DNA of 63,797 bases, the filler included, from Reticulomyxa filosa (Eukaryota > Protista > Foraminifera), in NCBI GenBank assembly GCA_000512085.1. It is 13 parts of 13 records of this genome, joined end to end, with 100 filler letters (N's around TTAATTAATTAA, not from the genome) between each part and the next. Parts side by side here need not be neighbours in the genome. Positions count along the whole stretch, not along the records: positions 49,625 to 52,767 come from ASPP01022735.1; positions 52,868 to 55,517 come from ASPP01008638.1; positions 55,618 to 57,293 come from ASPP01026356.1; positions 57,394 to 60,671 come from ASPP01018603.1; positions 60,772 to 63,797 come from ASPP01002189.1; 8 more parts are not named here. One strand, 5' to 3'. The notes below the pieces were generated by a model. The model searched no databases, was not told the origin of the DNA, and saw only the letters and a list, made by a program, of their open reading frames with translations. The number at the start of each line of letters is the position of its first letter. Position 1 is the stretch's first letter. Shown here in pieces: positions 52,741 through 63,797 of this stretch. Both the position numbers and the translations under genes were made by a program.

Positions 52741-53289
52741 ATATTACAATCCAAATATTTATTATATNNNNNNNNNNNNNNNNNNNNNNNNNNNNNNNNN
52801 NNNNNNNNNNNTTAATTAATTAANNNNNNNNNNNNNNNNNNNNNNNNNNNNNNNNNNNNNNNNNNNNTTTTTTTTTTTTTTTTTTTTTTCTTTCTTCCAA
52901 TTTTCTTTTCTTTTGCACTTTTTCTAAACACTTGTCAAAACTTTTTGTATGCGTTGTGAGAGCTGTCACACCGCGATCAACCACAAAAAAAAAATTGCGT
53001 AGCATTAACTAAAAGGAAGGGAAGCTAGCTGAATATCTAACAGCTACTTGTTTTTGTGTGTGTGTGTGTGTTTGTTGTAGTCAACACATTCCATCCTGCT
53101 CCACAAGCACAGTTGGCAGGAACAGGTACTTACCTTTTTTTTTTAAAAAAAAAAAAAAAAGTTTTAAGAAAAAGTAAATGGCTTTTTGAGAGGTTTTTTG
53201 ATTGGTTGACGGTATCATGGGAAAAAAAAACAACACACACACAACAAAATAAACCTCTTCTTCTTTCTCTTACCCCTCCCTCTCCTCAG

Positions 53290-53576
53290 TTGCGACTTTG
53301 CCCGGCCAGCCCAGTGTTCTGCTGATTAATAGCAATAGTGCCATTCCACATCCTGGCATTGTGACCCCTTCCCCTTTTCGCAGTTCCACGGATCTTCTTG
53401 CGAATGGCAATATGAACCATGTTCACGCTGCTAACGTGACCGCAAATGGAAATAGTCACATCAACAACGCTACCAATAGCAGCAACAATAGCAACAGCAG
53501 CGTCACTAGCATGAACAGTAGCACAGCCAACAACAATATCAATATCAATGTCAACACCGCGACCAATAGCTCCAGC

Positions 53577-53628
<52 letters not shown>

Positions 53629-55467
53629 GCAGTAACAATAACAGCAATAATAATAACAACAATAGTAATAATAATGGCAATAGCCATAACAATAGCACCA
53701 TTGGTGATAGTAATAACTATCATGCTGTCAGCAATGGTCATAGCCACCATAATGAAACAACCATTCCACCGTCTGGAAATGTTGTCACAAATCGCGCCGA
53801 TGAGGACTTTCAAAAAGCTATCAAATATGTCACCGACATACGTAATCGTTTTTCACATAAACCTGACGTTTATCAACAGTTTCTGCATTTATTACAAAGT
53901 TTTGCAAAAAAACAAAAAAATAATAATGATAATAAAGCAAATGTGTTTATTTTTTATACTTTTTTTTTTTTTTTTTTGACAAAAAAAAATTTGGACACAA
54001 AATTCTAATGTAAAAAAGGGAATACAAAAAAAAAAAAAAAGATTTTTTTTGTGTTTGTTGTGCATAGTGTACCAACATGCACATTCGACGAAAAGCATGT
54101 ACGACGAGCAATCAGTCACCACACAGATCAGAGACTTGTTCAAATCGCATCCAGACTTGTATCGGGTAATGATCTTTATTTTTATTTATTTATTTTTTAA
54201 ATTGATTTTTTTTTTTTTTTTTTCGATTTGGAAAAGGATAGCATAAAATGGAGGACTGGACAGGGGGGGGGGCGAAAAAAAAAAAATGTACATGTATGTT
54301 TGTAAATGTGAATTTGTCAACATGCACATGTGTTTGTTGACATATGGGATGAAACAAAAGCAATTTTCCTATTTTTTAAGAAACAGTGGAAGTGTGCGAG
54401 GATTGGGCTTTGGCAACTCCGCAGCAATGCAAGCATTGTCTTCGGTAACAAATCCAGCAGTCAATGCAAACTCAGCTACAAATGTAAACCCAGCAATCAA
54501 TACAGGCATGGGTATGAACATGAATATAAATATGATAGGTATGAATATGAATGGAAATGGGATTGTTGGTACTAATTCAGGTGGTGTCAATCCAAATAAT
54601 TACAACAATAACAATAATAATAATAATAATAATAATAATAGTAATAATAATAATAGCAACAACAATAATAACAGTAACAATAACAACAACACTTACAATC
54701 GCGGTCCTGGAAGTGAATTATTGTCATTTATCTCAAATCCAAGTGGACAAGCCATGGGTCTGACAACCCCTTCCGGGGAGCGCATCCCAATTCATGGACT
54801 GTATATGGGTTTGCCTGGGACCATGGCACCCAAGAACAGTGGGGCGGGACCACCGCAATTGCTACCGGTAAACACGGGTCCACCGGCTTCGAAACGGGCT
54901 CGATTGAACAATGGCAATGCGTTATCCCCAGTGGTTCAATCTTCAAAGAGCACTGCGAATGAAGACTCGCATTCGCTACGACATAAACACGTCGTTCGAA
55001 ACACAGGCGTGGCGACAGACACGAACGTGTCGCCAAAGTATTACAAGTATGGCCTATCGCTATTTAACGACTTGGAAATGAAGATACCCAAACCTTTGTT
55101 TGATCAGTTTCAGCGCACAACGTGTTTTATTCTTTTTAGAATATGGCACACATATGTATTGTATATTTCTACAGTACGTACGAATACCACCACTTACGGT
55201 GTATGCGTATGGGTGTGTCGTTTTACAATTGCATGGAGGGGAGAATAGAATTTTAGAAGCAGGCAATCTTTATGGACTGGGACAATGCGACTTCAATGCA
55301 ATGGTCGACAGCGTGTGTGAGTTATTGCACAAGGCCAACTTTGAAGAGTTGGCCGGCAATGTACGAGCCCAGCTGAATAAACACTCACCACAACAGTATG
55401 CCGCAGAAGAAAAGGATTTTTATCGATACATGACAAACAATAATTTACTCAAACAATTGGAAAAAGT
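53290..55467 (+). CDS. SIN3: Sin3-family paired amphipathic helix protein, internal multi-exon fragment with poly-N tracts
   Basis: PAH domain DFQKAIKYVTDIRNRFSHKPDVYQQFLHLLQSF...QIRDLFKSHPDLY..FSYFL, plus a second PAH-like block (LFNDL...FDQF..ILEAGNLY). Confidence 0.8.
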
Positions 55468-55482
55468 TATATGTATATGTAT

Positions 55483-55517
<35 letters not shown>

Positions 55518-56232
55518 NNNNNNNNNNNNNNNNNNNNNNNNNNNNNNNNNNNNNNNNNNNNTTAATTAATTAANNNNNNNNNNNNNNNNNNNNNNNNNNN
55601 NNNNNNNNNNNNNNNNNGAACCACCAGTACGTTCAGTGTTACAAACGATCGCCTCTTTCAACCAACGTAACAGCAATAACGACAGCATCAACAGTAATAA
55701 TAACATACAACAGCCATCAATATCACAGTCCGATCTATTTTAATGGTATACGCAAGACACGTTGTTATAATAATCACTTGCAGCGTTCGTTCAATGATTT
55801 ACTTACTCTTTTTTTTTTTGTTCTTTTCTTCCTTTTTTATTTTTTCTCGTTAGTGACCGCAAAAAAAAAAGAGTTGCTGAAAGTGGAATTACCTGTTGGT
55901 CAATTGAACTTTTAAATGCAAAAATTGTAAAAAAAAAGCAAAGAAAATCATCTACTGCAGAGGAAAATTGTTTGTTTTTTGTGTTAAAAAATTAATGATT
56001 ATTACATTTGTTACTTTGATTTAAAATTAAGTAAAAACAATGATTTTCCATAGTAAATAATAATTATGCACTTTTAATATTTATTGTAAAAAATATTTTA
56101 GGAGAGACTATTCAATTGAATAAGACTAGTTAAGTAGGAACTTAAATTGGATTTTTTTTGTTGAAGGTGCTCCTTTCCTGGTATTAACACAAGAGCTATA
56201 GACTTTTGACTAAGAAAGGAAGGTGAAATAAA

Positions 56233-56960
56233 ATGCATTTGAACCTAAGTAAAACAGGAATGAGCTCAGAATGGGCACTTATATTGACGCTTGTACTTAA
56301 CTTTACCTGCAGTTTGTACTGTGCATGGTTGTTGTATCTGACACGAGGATACCTATGGAAACGTTCAGCACGAAAAAGGGATTCCGGAATCGCGGCACTC
56401 CAAATTGAAGTGCAAGCCGCGTTACAATTAGCACCACCCAAAAAAGAAGATGAAGAAAAAGAGGATATCGCTGTAAATATGAAAATCCGTTGGATAGTGA
56501 TAATGTATATTTTTAGCTGCATGCTATTTTGCACTGGAAGTATATGCGAAAGATTGATATTCGGATTGTCGAACGTGCCCGGAAAAGCGTGCAAGTTGGT
56601 ATTATATATTTCATGTTTACGAGTCTTTACAGATGGTTTCTTTTACTCCTTTTATCTGATCCGAATTACGGTGACGTTGGAAGAAAGTGTCTTTGAAATA
56701 TCCAGATATCGTCAGTTTTTTTTGTGGGTTGCTCCAATCGTTACGTACGGCACACTGTTGATCTCACTAGTCGTTAATGTACAGCTTGCTCATTGTAGTG
56801 GTTCCAGTTTGCCTGCTGTCGCACTTACCTTATCTGCCCTCTTTTGCAGCTTTTTTTGGGATATTTTCTTATTTTTCTTATTTGTTTATTATTTGCACAA
56901 AGTTGAGATTTTGTATACGTACGTACGTAAATATTCAGGGCAGTTGAATTATACGTATAC

Positions 56961-56991
<31 letters not shown>

Positions 56992-57253
56992 GGTTCTAAA
57001 CACGAAAGAGATGGAAAATCAGCCTTATTGCAAGGATTTGAAAGATTGTCTAAAAAAGTTACTACGATTATTTATTATCTCTGTATTGTCTACTATCACA
57101 GTGCACGTCTCGATATTACTGACTACTCTGAATGATATCGCCTGGTCGGTCATGGCCATCGACCTTTGCATCAAATGCACACTTATGGTGCTATCTTTTG
57201 CTTTTGCCAATCCTGTTTTTCATTTTCTTTGCTTGTGTGAAAAAATAGCCTGA
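56233..57253 (+). CDS. Seven-transmembrane GPCR-like protein; exons 56233-56901, 56993-57253
   Basis: Seven hydrophobic segments, Cys at the top of TM3, R at the end of TM3 (YLIRI) and a phase-0 intron 56902-56992. Confidence 0.75.
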
Positions 57254-57293
<40 letters not shown>

Positions 57294-57408
57294 NNNNNNN
57301 NNNNNNNNNNNNNNNNNNNNNNNNNNNNNNNNNNNNNTTAATTAATTAANNNNNNNNNNNNNNNNNNNNNNNNNNNNNNNNNNNNNNNNNNNNAAAAAAA
57401 AAAGAAAC

Positions 57409-58620
57409 CTACAAAGTGACTCTGGGTCGAGTGATCCTAGCCACTGCAAGTGTATTGTCTTCAACAATAAGAAGTGCGCAGTCGAGCATTGGCGTATAAC
57501 GCACTCGAATTCGTTTGGTGTCAATCTCTTTGGACTCCTGACGCGATTGTGTGGAATTGGCCAACTGATCATTTGAAATGGAGCGAGTCATAAGAGGCAC
57601 TTGGTAGCTAATATTAAAACTTCGATCAAATTTGATAGCATTGGTGATATTTGCGCAAACTAAATCAATATTGGGTTGAGTATTGTTATTCGCGGCAGAT
57701 TCGGTGTCAATGCCAATTTCCTGAAATTGACAATGTCGCAAAATTAAGTGGCATAGTAATGCCATATGCATATGCTTCAACTGGAACAATGAAAAAGGAG
57801 GCTGTTTGTCCTTCAGCTCTTTGTTTTCACTCAAGATTCTAAAAGGAGGGAGCAAGCTCGAACTCACCACACGTGTGTATTGGCTATATATCGCTTCTTC
57901 GTCTTTGGACAAACTGCGAATGGACTGTTCGTGCTTTTCCCACAAAGCATAGAATTTGTCCCTTACTATTTTATATATTGACATTAATAATTCACTTTCT
58001 TCGAGTGAACAAAAAGGATTTGTTCTGTTAATGACAGCCACGTTGCACCTAATTTTTTTTTTAAATTTTTTTTAATATTCTCATCCTTTCCTTGTTGTAT
58101 GTGTTTGTGTATTTTTTTCTTTTGAAAAAAGTAGCGACAAAAAAAAAAAAAAAAACTTGAATGTCAGGTGATATGTTGTCGTCAATGAAACAAATGTCAA
58201 TGGATGAATCAAAGAACATTGGATATGAACTGCAAATAGCTGTGGACCCATTGATACACATTTTATGTGAAAACGACATGGGGGTGGGTATTTGGCAAGG
58301 TGAACCATGTTATATGCTATGAATGGCACCAGTGGATTGCTGATTCTCCATGGCCAATTCGCACTTTTTTCCGTGCTTTGCTTTTTTTCGCTGTCCTTTT
58401 CCTTCTCGTCCTCTTCTTTTTTTTCACTTATGCTTGCATTTGTTATTGATGAAAACCCCAAATATTGCAGGATTCCATACAAGACGAACGAAAAGCCTTC
58501 CAATGGTTGTCCAAATTTTAACCATTCTGTACCTTTTTCCGTCTCACTCGTTTGCTTTATCACAATCTCAACAAAATAGCTGCTCAATAATGCCGGTAAT
58601 AGGTCCTCCTGCTCTGCCAT
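57409..58620 (-). CDS. Uncharacterised protein, possibly tandem PI31/Fbxo7 FP-like domains; 3' truncated
   Basis: Two similar blocks (FVLYGILQYLGF..Y..IKCVSMG..FAVH and LLCHLILRHCQF..ISY..VRYTPM..LLIV) separated by an intron at ~58050-58157. Confidence 0.45.
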
Positions 58621-59825
58621 TCTATATTATATTTTTTTGTATTGCTACCCGGTTCGAAGAAAAACCAAAAAGATTACCAGACTGACTTTCTTTTGGTCTT
58701 AGTTTTATAATGATCGAAACCAGTCAAACAAAATCGTACGGTTATTCTTTATATCAAATTGATAATACTAATCACCATTTTTATAGAAATGTTCTCTAGC
58801 AATTTTAACAGTACGATAAAAAATGAATTTAATTTATCATTGGCAATGAGCAAAACAATTAAAAAAACAACATCGAAGATGATGTGGTAACACAAAATAT
58901 TATCAGTTTAAAACTGTTTTATTTTTTTTTATTTGTTTTTTTACATTTTGCATTAATAATGTCGAAACAAATGGCTATGTCGAAAAGTATTATGAAGAAA
59001 TAACCTCAAAATAACATCGAAGCAGGCAGATCAAATATTTTGATATAACATTCTTTTCATGCTATTTTGAATTCACTCAACTTTACTTTACACAAAAAAC
59101 AGTTACTATTAATTGCAAATTTCGGCTGCATAATGGATTCCTTTTTTAATGTAGTGATTAAAACTTGGAATGATTGTACCAATTTGATGATTTGCTGTGT
59201 TTACAATATTATGCGGTTTTATGTTTTCGTAAAAAAGAAAAATTAACTATTTAGTGTTGCTTTAACGTTAGTTATTCTTATCAATTCAGGGAATTGTATT
59301 TGTGATATTTTGTTTCTGCATAGTCGCAGTGGGGGAGATATTAAACGTTTAAAAAATAAAACAGGGTAAACCATTGCACTCACAATGCAACGTCGAAAAA
59401 AGAACATTGTTTGGTCGACAAATCTAGTCGTAACACACTTTACGTCCCCATTTGAATCATCCAGAACAACAGAAGCAACGATTCATAAGACGCAAACCAC
59501 ACCAATCAAAGTGAAACATTGAACAGTGCAGAAGTCTTGAAATCACAACCTTTGACATTTATAAAAAGAAAACAAAAAACAAAACAACAAAAAAGCAAAA
59601 AAAAAAAAAACGAAATGGGAGAACAAAAAACAAAACAAAAGCATGTAAAAAATTGAAAAGGACAATGATCAGCCTCTTCCCCTTTTCGCCCCTCGTCTTT
59701 AGAAAACAATCAAAATAAAAATAAAAAGATCCATCCATTCTTTAAATTGATGTGTCATCTTTTGTCATTTATTTGAACTCAACTTTTTGTTTCATCACTC
59801 GATTGTCTGTTGTTTTCTGTTCTAT

Positions 59826-60581
59826 TCATTCAAATCGCTTTGCTGCGATAATATGTCCCCAACCGGTGAGACTCCATTGCTTATCTATGAATTTGCTCAA
59901 TGACAGCCGCGAGCCTTTGATGTTGTAGTTTTTTTTTGTTTTTGTTTTTTTTTTTTTTTACAAACCCCCTTTTTTTATTATTACTAATCGAAGCAATAAA
60001 AAAAGAGACTAAAAAATTCGACAAGAATTTGAACACATTCAAACCTATTTCCGTGCAAATTGGTGACGACAGTTCGACAACAGCTTCATTTTTTGCCTTG
60101 TCTTTTGGGACAGAGAGCGACACAACACGTCCACTTGCGGTTGTGGAGCCTACATTCAGCAACAGTGGATCGCCGACTATTAATGGCGACAACTTGCAAA
60201 AAAAACACAAACGCGCTCAAATGTGTCCCTTTGTGGGCGTGGTGTATGGTATACAATAGGATCGGATTACAACGAGAAACATACACATATACACACAAAT
60301 ATAACAGCACATGTAAAATCAAAGTACCGGTTTTGAAGAAAGTTTTGACAATCGTTGATCGCTGTCTAGTAAATGATACTCAATAGTAATTTCAATCCAA
60401 ATGGGTGGCAGCGTATTCTCATCACCCAATACTTGACCCGCCAATCGATCGTTGAGTGTCAAAAAAGGGTCGATGTTAGTTCCAACACCAATAAAGCCGC
60501 CGGGTGTGGCAAATTGTAAATTGTTTTTTTCACTGTAAAGTGAAGTGACTATTGATTTGATTGGTTGACAGGTGACTTTGC
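59826..60581 (-). CDS. EIF2S3: Translation initiation factor eIF2 gamma-like, domains II-III, 5' truncated and divergent
   Basis: SLYSEKNNLQFATPGGFIGVGTNIDPFLTLNDRLAGQVLG, LLLNVGSTTASGRV, SPICTEIG and terminal WSLTGWGHI. Confidence 0.85.
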
Positions 60582-60779
60582 CTGTTCAATTAAAAAGAGG
60601 GAGAGTAACATAAACACACACACACACACACACACATATATGCATATATGCATATATGTATATGTTTATGTNNNNNNNNNNNNNNNNNNNNNNNNNNNNN
60701 NNNNNNNNNNNNNNNTTAATTAATTAANNNNNNNNNNNNNNNNNNNNNNNNNNNNNNNNNNNNNNNNNNNNATCAAACA

Positions 60780-60885
60780 AATCAAATGAATTAAATAATC
60801 ACAATCATCCAATTATCATTGGAAGAAAAAATGATTATCATCGAAGAGTACGTGAAGTGATTGGTGGAGTTAACAATAAACAACA
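60780..60885 (+). pseudogene. Kelch-family remnant
   Basis: NHNHPIIIGRKNDY..VREVIGGVNN resembles NNPIWIGRNNDNYFGMRAVIGGSNN of the intact paralogues. Confidence 0.55.
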
Positions 60886-63450
60886 CCGTGGAATTGCATT
60901 GCGAATGAACATGAAAATGTAGAACAAGTTTATTTGTTTGGAGAGAACAAGAAAATCAATGCGGTTATAAAGGAGAGATAAAGGAAATGAAAGATCATTT
61001 GGATAAATCATGTTAATTAATATCAATTCAACAAGTTATTGAAAACAGTTTTATCATTATTTTTATGTTTTTATAATATTTATCATTTATAAACAAAGGA
61101 AAGATAACAAAAAAGGATGAATTAAAAGAGATGAATTTGAAAAATATCACACAGAAATTTAACAATTTAATGTACAAAGTTATATTTAAATATTTATTTA
61201 ATTTTAATTCATTAATACTTGGATTGTTGAAACATAATAGAAAAAAATCGATGCTTTACAACATGAATCTGTGAAAAAGGATGCAAAAATATTTGAATTA
61301 ACAAATGATATCCAACAAGTGAACAGAGTTGTTTGCCTGCATCAAGTATATTGGAAAATACAATGATAACAAAACAAAGCTTTTTTTTTATTCCACAACA
61401 ATAAAATAAACAAAATATGATTATATACATTAAATTAACTCTCAAAAATATTGTGTACTTTATCTAAAGAAAATGTGCAGTCTGTCGAATGTAATTTTAA
61501 TCAATGTTTATATTATATTTTTGTGCAAAGACATTGACTGTTTAGAATAATTCTAGTTTCTTGATTATTACAACTGGTTTTAGATAGAAAGCATCAATTT
61601 GGAATCTCGTTTCTTATGTTTTTATTAGACAATTTTGTTTACACAAGACATATCAAACCGCATTGCATGAACAGAATCAAAATGCTCAAAACATGAAAAT
61701 GTTAAAGTGATAACAGTGTCCTGAGTCTAGAATTCAAAAAATTGCAATCATTCAATATATAAGGAATAATTTATGTTTAGATATGTTAATTGTATTTACA
61801 AAAAGAATAAATTTTGGATAGACATTACATTATCTTCATTTAATCATTGATGTTTGCAAATTTAATTACTTGTATGGAATCACTTTCTTTTTATTTTCGC
61901 TATGATTTTGAATTTGTGTTATGGTTCAAAAAATGGTTCCATTCGTATTTGAGGATAATTGACTTTTTTGTTGAACAAGAAATGAAAGTGTTTTTGTTTG
62001 AAAAGTTTGATTAAGATTATATTAAACTTGTTTTATTTGATTGAACCACACACTAGAAGATGTTTAAAAAATTGAAAAAACTGCGTTCAACGAATTGAAA
62101 AGCATAATAAATGAAAACTACACTTTGAAAAGAATTAGATTGTGATCTTAAAAAACTTTATTGAAATCAATATGTAAGAATATTATTAAAAGAGGACGAA
62201 TTTATGACTTTAATGAAATGATTTTTAAAAATGTGAAGTTATTTAACAATATGATATTCAACTTAATCTAAAGCATGTAAAGAAATGAAAATTCTATTGA
62301 AAGAATACATTGAATCGTGACAACAAAGCTGATAAGTTTTCATTAGGCATTGTATGAACACACTTTTTATATGAAATACTTATTCAAAATTGGGTTTGAT
62401 AAGATTAGGACGGATTAACAGTTTAGATATGTTATTTCATTGAATGATTGAAGTGTTTTCCTTTTTTTTTTTTACATAAACACAAATAAGATTAGCAAAT
62501 CAGTTGGCTAATGAAGGCAGTAATTTGTTTTGAGAATATATTGAAAATTATTAAACTACGAACAAATATTTGTAAATATCTCCACTTTTCTATGTTCAAC
62601 TCTTTTTGTTACCACAATGATATAACAAGCAAAATGTGAATTGCGCATAACATTAAATGAAATTTCAAATATCTTAAATCTGTTCAAAAACATGAAAAAC
62701 TGAATATAATGTTTTTATTTAGAATAATTTCAATTACAGCTGATCTTAGATAGAGAGTATTGAATAAAAGCACAATCTGAAACTTCATTCCTTTGTGTTC
62801 TTATTTTATATCAAATTAAATTTGATGAAAATTAAAGTGTCTTAATTCAATCAATTGAATTATTGAAATTATATTTTACAATATGATTTTACGTCATTTG
62901 AATAAATTTGATTTATAAAAAGTGGTTAAAAAAAGAACAAATAGTAATAATGATTGACTTTTGAACAGAAAATTTCCTACTTTTTTTTATTTAATTATCC
63001 GTTCATTAAAAACAAAGCTTTTTTAAAAAGATAATAATTTTATTCATATTACATATTTTAAGATTTTTTTTAAACTTGTTAGCAAGCGAATAAAAAAATT
63101 CAAAGATATAGAAGTCATATGAAAATTTTATCCTTACAAAAAAAAATATACTTGATAAATTTTCTCCATCTCCAAAAAAAAACTACAAGTTTTATAAGAT
63201 AAATTTCCTTCATTTCAATATCACTATCATTTATACGCTTTTTCCAACTCTTGCTTTTCCATAGATACTAATATAGAGCAATCGTATTGTACGTGTCAGA
63301 GATTACTAACTGATTTATTGCGTTCTTTCAAACAAAAATTTCTGGGACTTGAAGTTTCAAGACAAACAAATTTAATATCACCTTACTTTTCTTTTAATCA
63401 AACTTTTCAAATAAAAAACAATTTCATTTCTTATTTGACAAAAAAGTAAA

Positions 63451-63797
63451 TTATCCCCAAATGCTAATGGAACCTTTACTTAAACCATAACACAAATTCA
63501 AATCATATGAAACATTTTTTGTATTCTCTTTCTTTTTCAATATAATAAATTTAAGACAACATATTTTACAATTTTCTTTAAAATCTCCTTTAATCATATA
63601 TAACTCATTCTTATTTGATCGAATGTCCCAAAAACGAATTGTATTATCAAATGATCCAGAACATATCACATAAGAATTAACAATATTATTCTTTATTACA
63701 AATGGTGAATATTCAACAGCATGCACACAATCTATATGTCCATTGAACACTTAAATTTGTTTACCAGATCGAATATCCCATAAACGAACACTTTTAT
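63451..63797 (-). CDS. 3' end of a WD40 gene (same subfamily as 12059-13275), frameshifted near 63750
   Basis: KSVRLWDIRSG, NGH..CV..VEYSPF, CSGSFDNTIRFWDIRSNK and KGSISIWG*. The 3' flank is similar to 12000-12060. Confidence 0.8.

Overview
AT-rich, intron-containing eukaryotic (protist) DNA. The gene families (WD40 genes with the 'NNIGVIGGNGYTICSGS' signature, Kelch-WD40, NACHT-HEAT) and the intron style point to the foraminiferan Reticulomyxa filosa or a relative; this is recalled, not searched. The window is not one locus. Twelve artificial 100-nt spacers (N44-TTAATTAATTAA-N44) join 13 contigs, so neighbourhoods mean something only within a contig. Housekeeping and signalling genes: SURF1, DD3-3-like, a PKG-like kinase, a Rho GTPase, a fucosyltransferase-like gene, a UBR/PRT6-like fragment, Sin3, a 7TM receptor, a divergent eIF2-gamma and a RasGAP pseudogene. 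There are also many intact and decayed Kelch/WD40 copies that share a ~35-aa 'WIR..I..GW..DF' exon. Contig 21045-35110 is the most interesting. It holds a NACHT-HEAT-ankyrin NLR-like gene, an uncharacterised 'WEDxxR..GPxISDMTL' family gene with an inserted zinc finger, and an AIG1/GIMAP-like GTPase. The GTPase tail has 10 spaced His, a LITAF-like hydrophobic tip, then 10 Cys3 units whose spacings co-vary in antiparallel order. This suggests a nested, zinc-stitched hairpin stalk with a membrane-inserting tip. No rRNA, tRNA or CRISPR array was seen.
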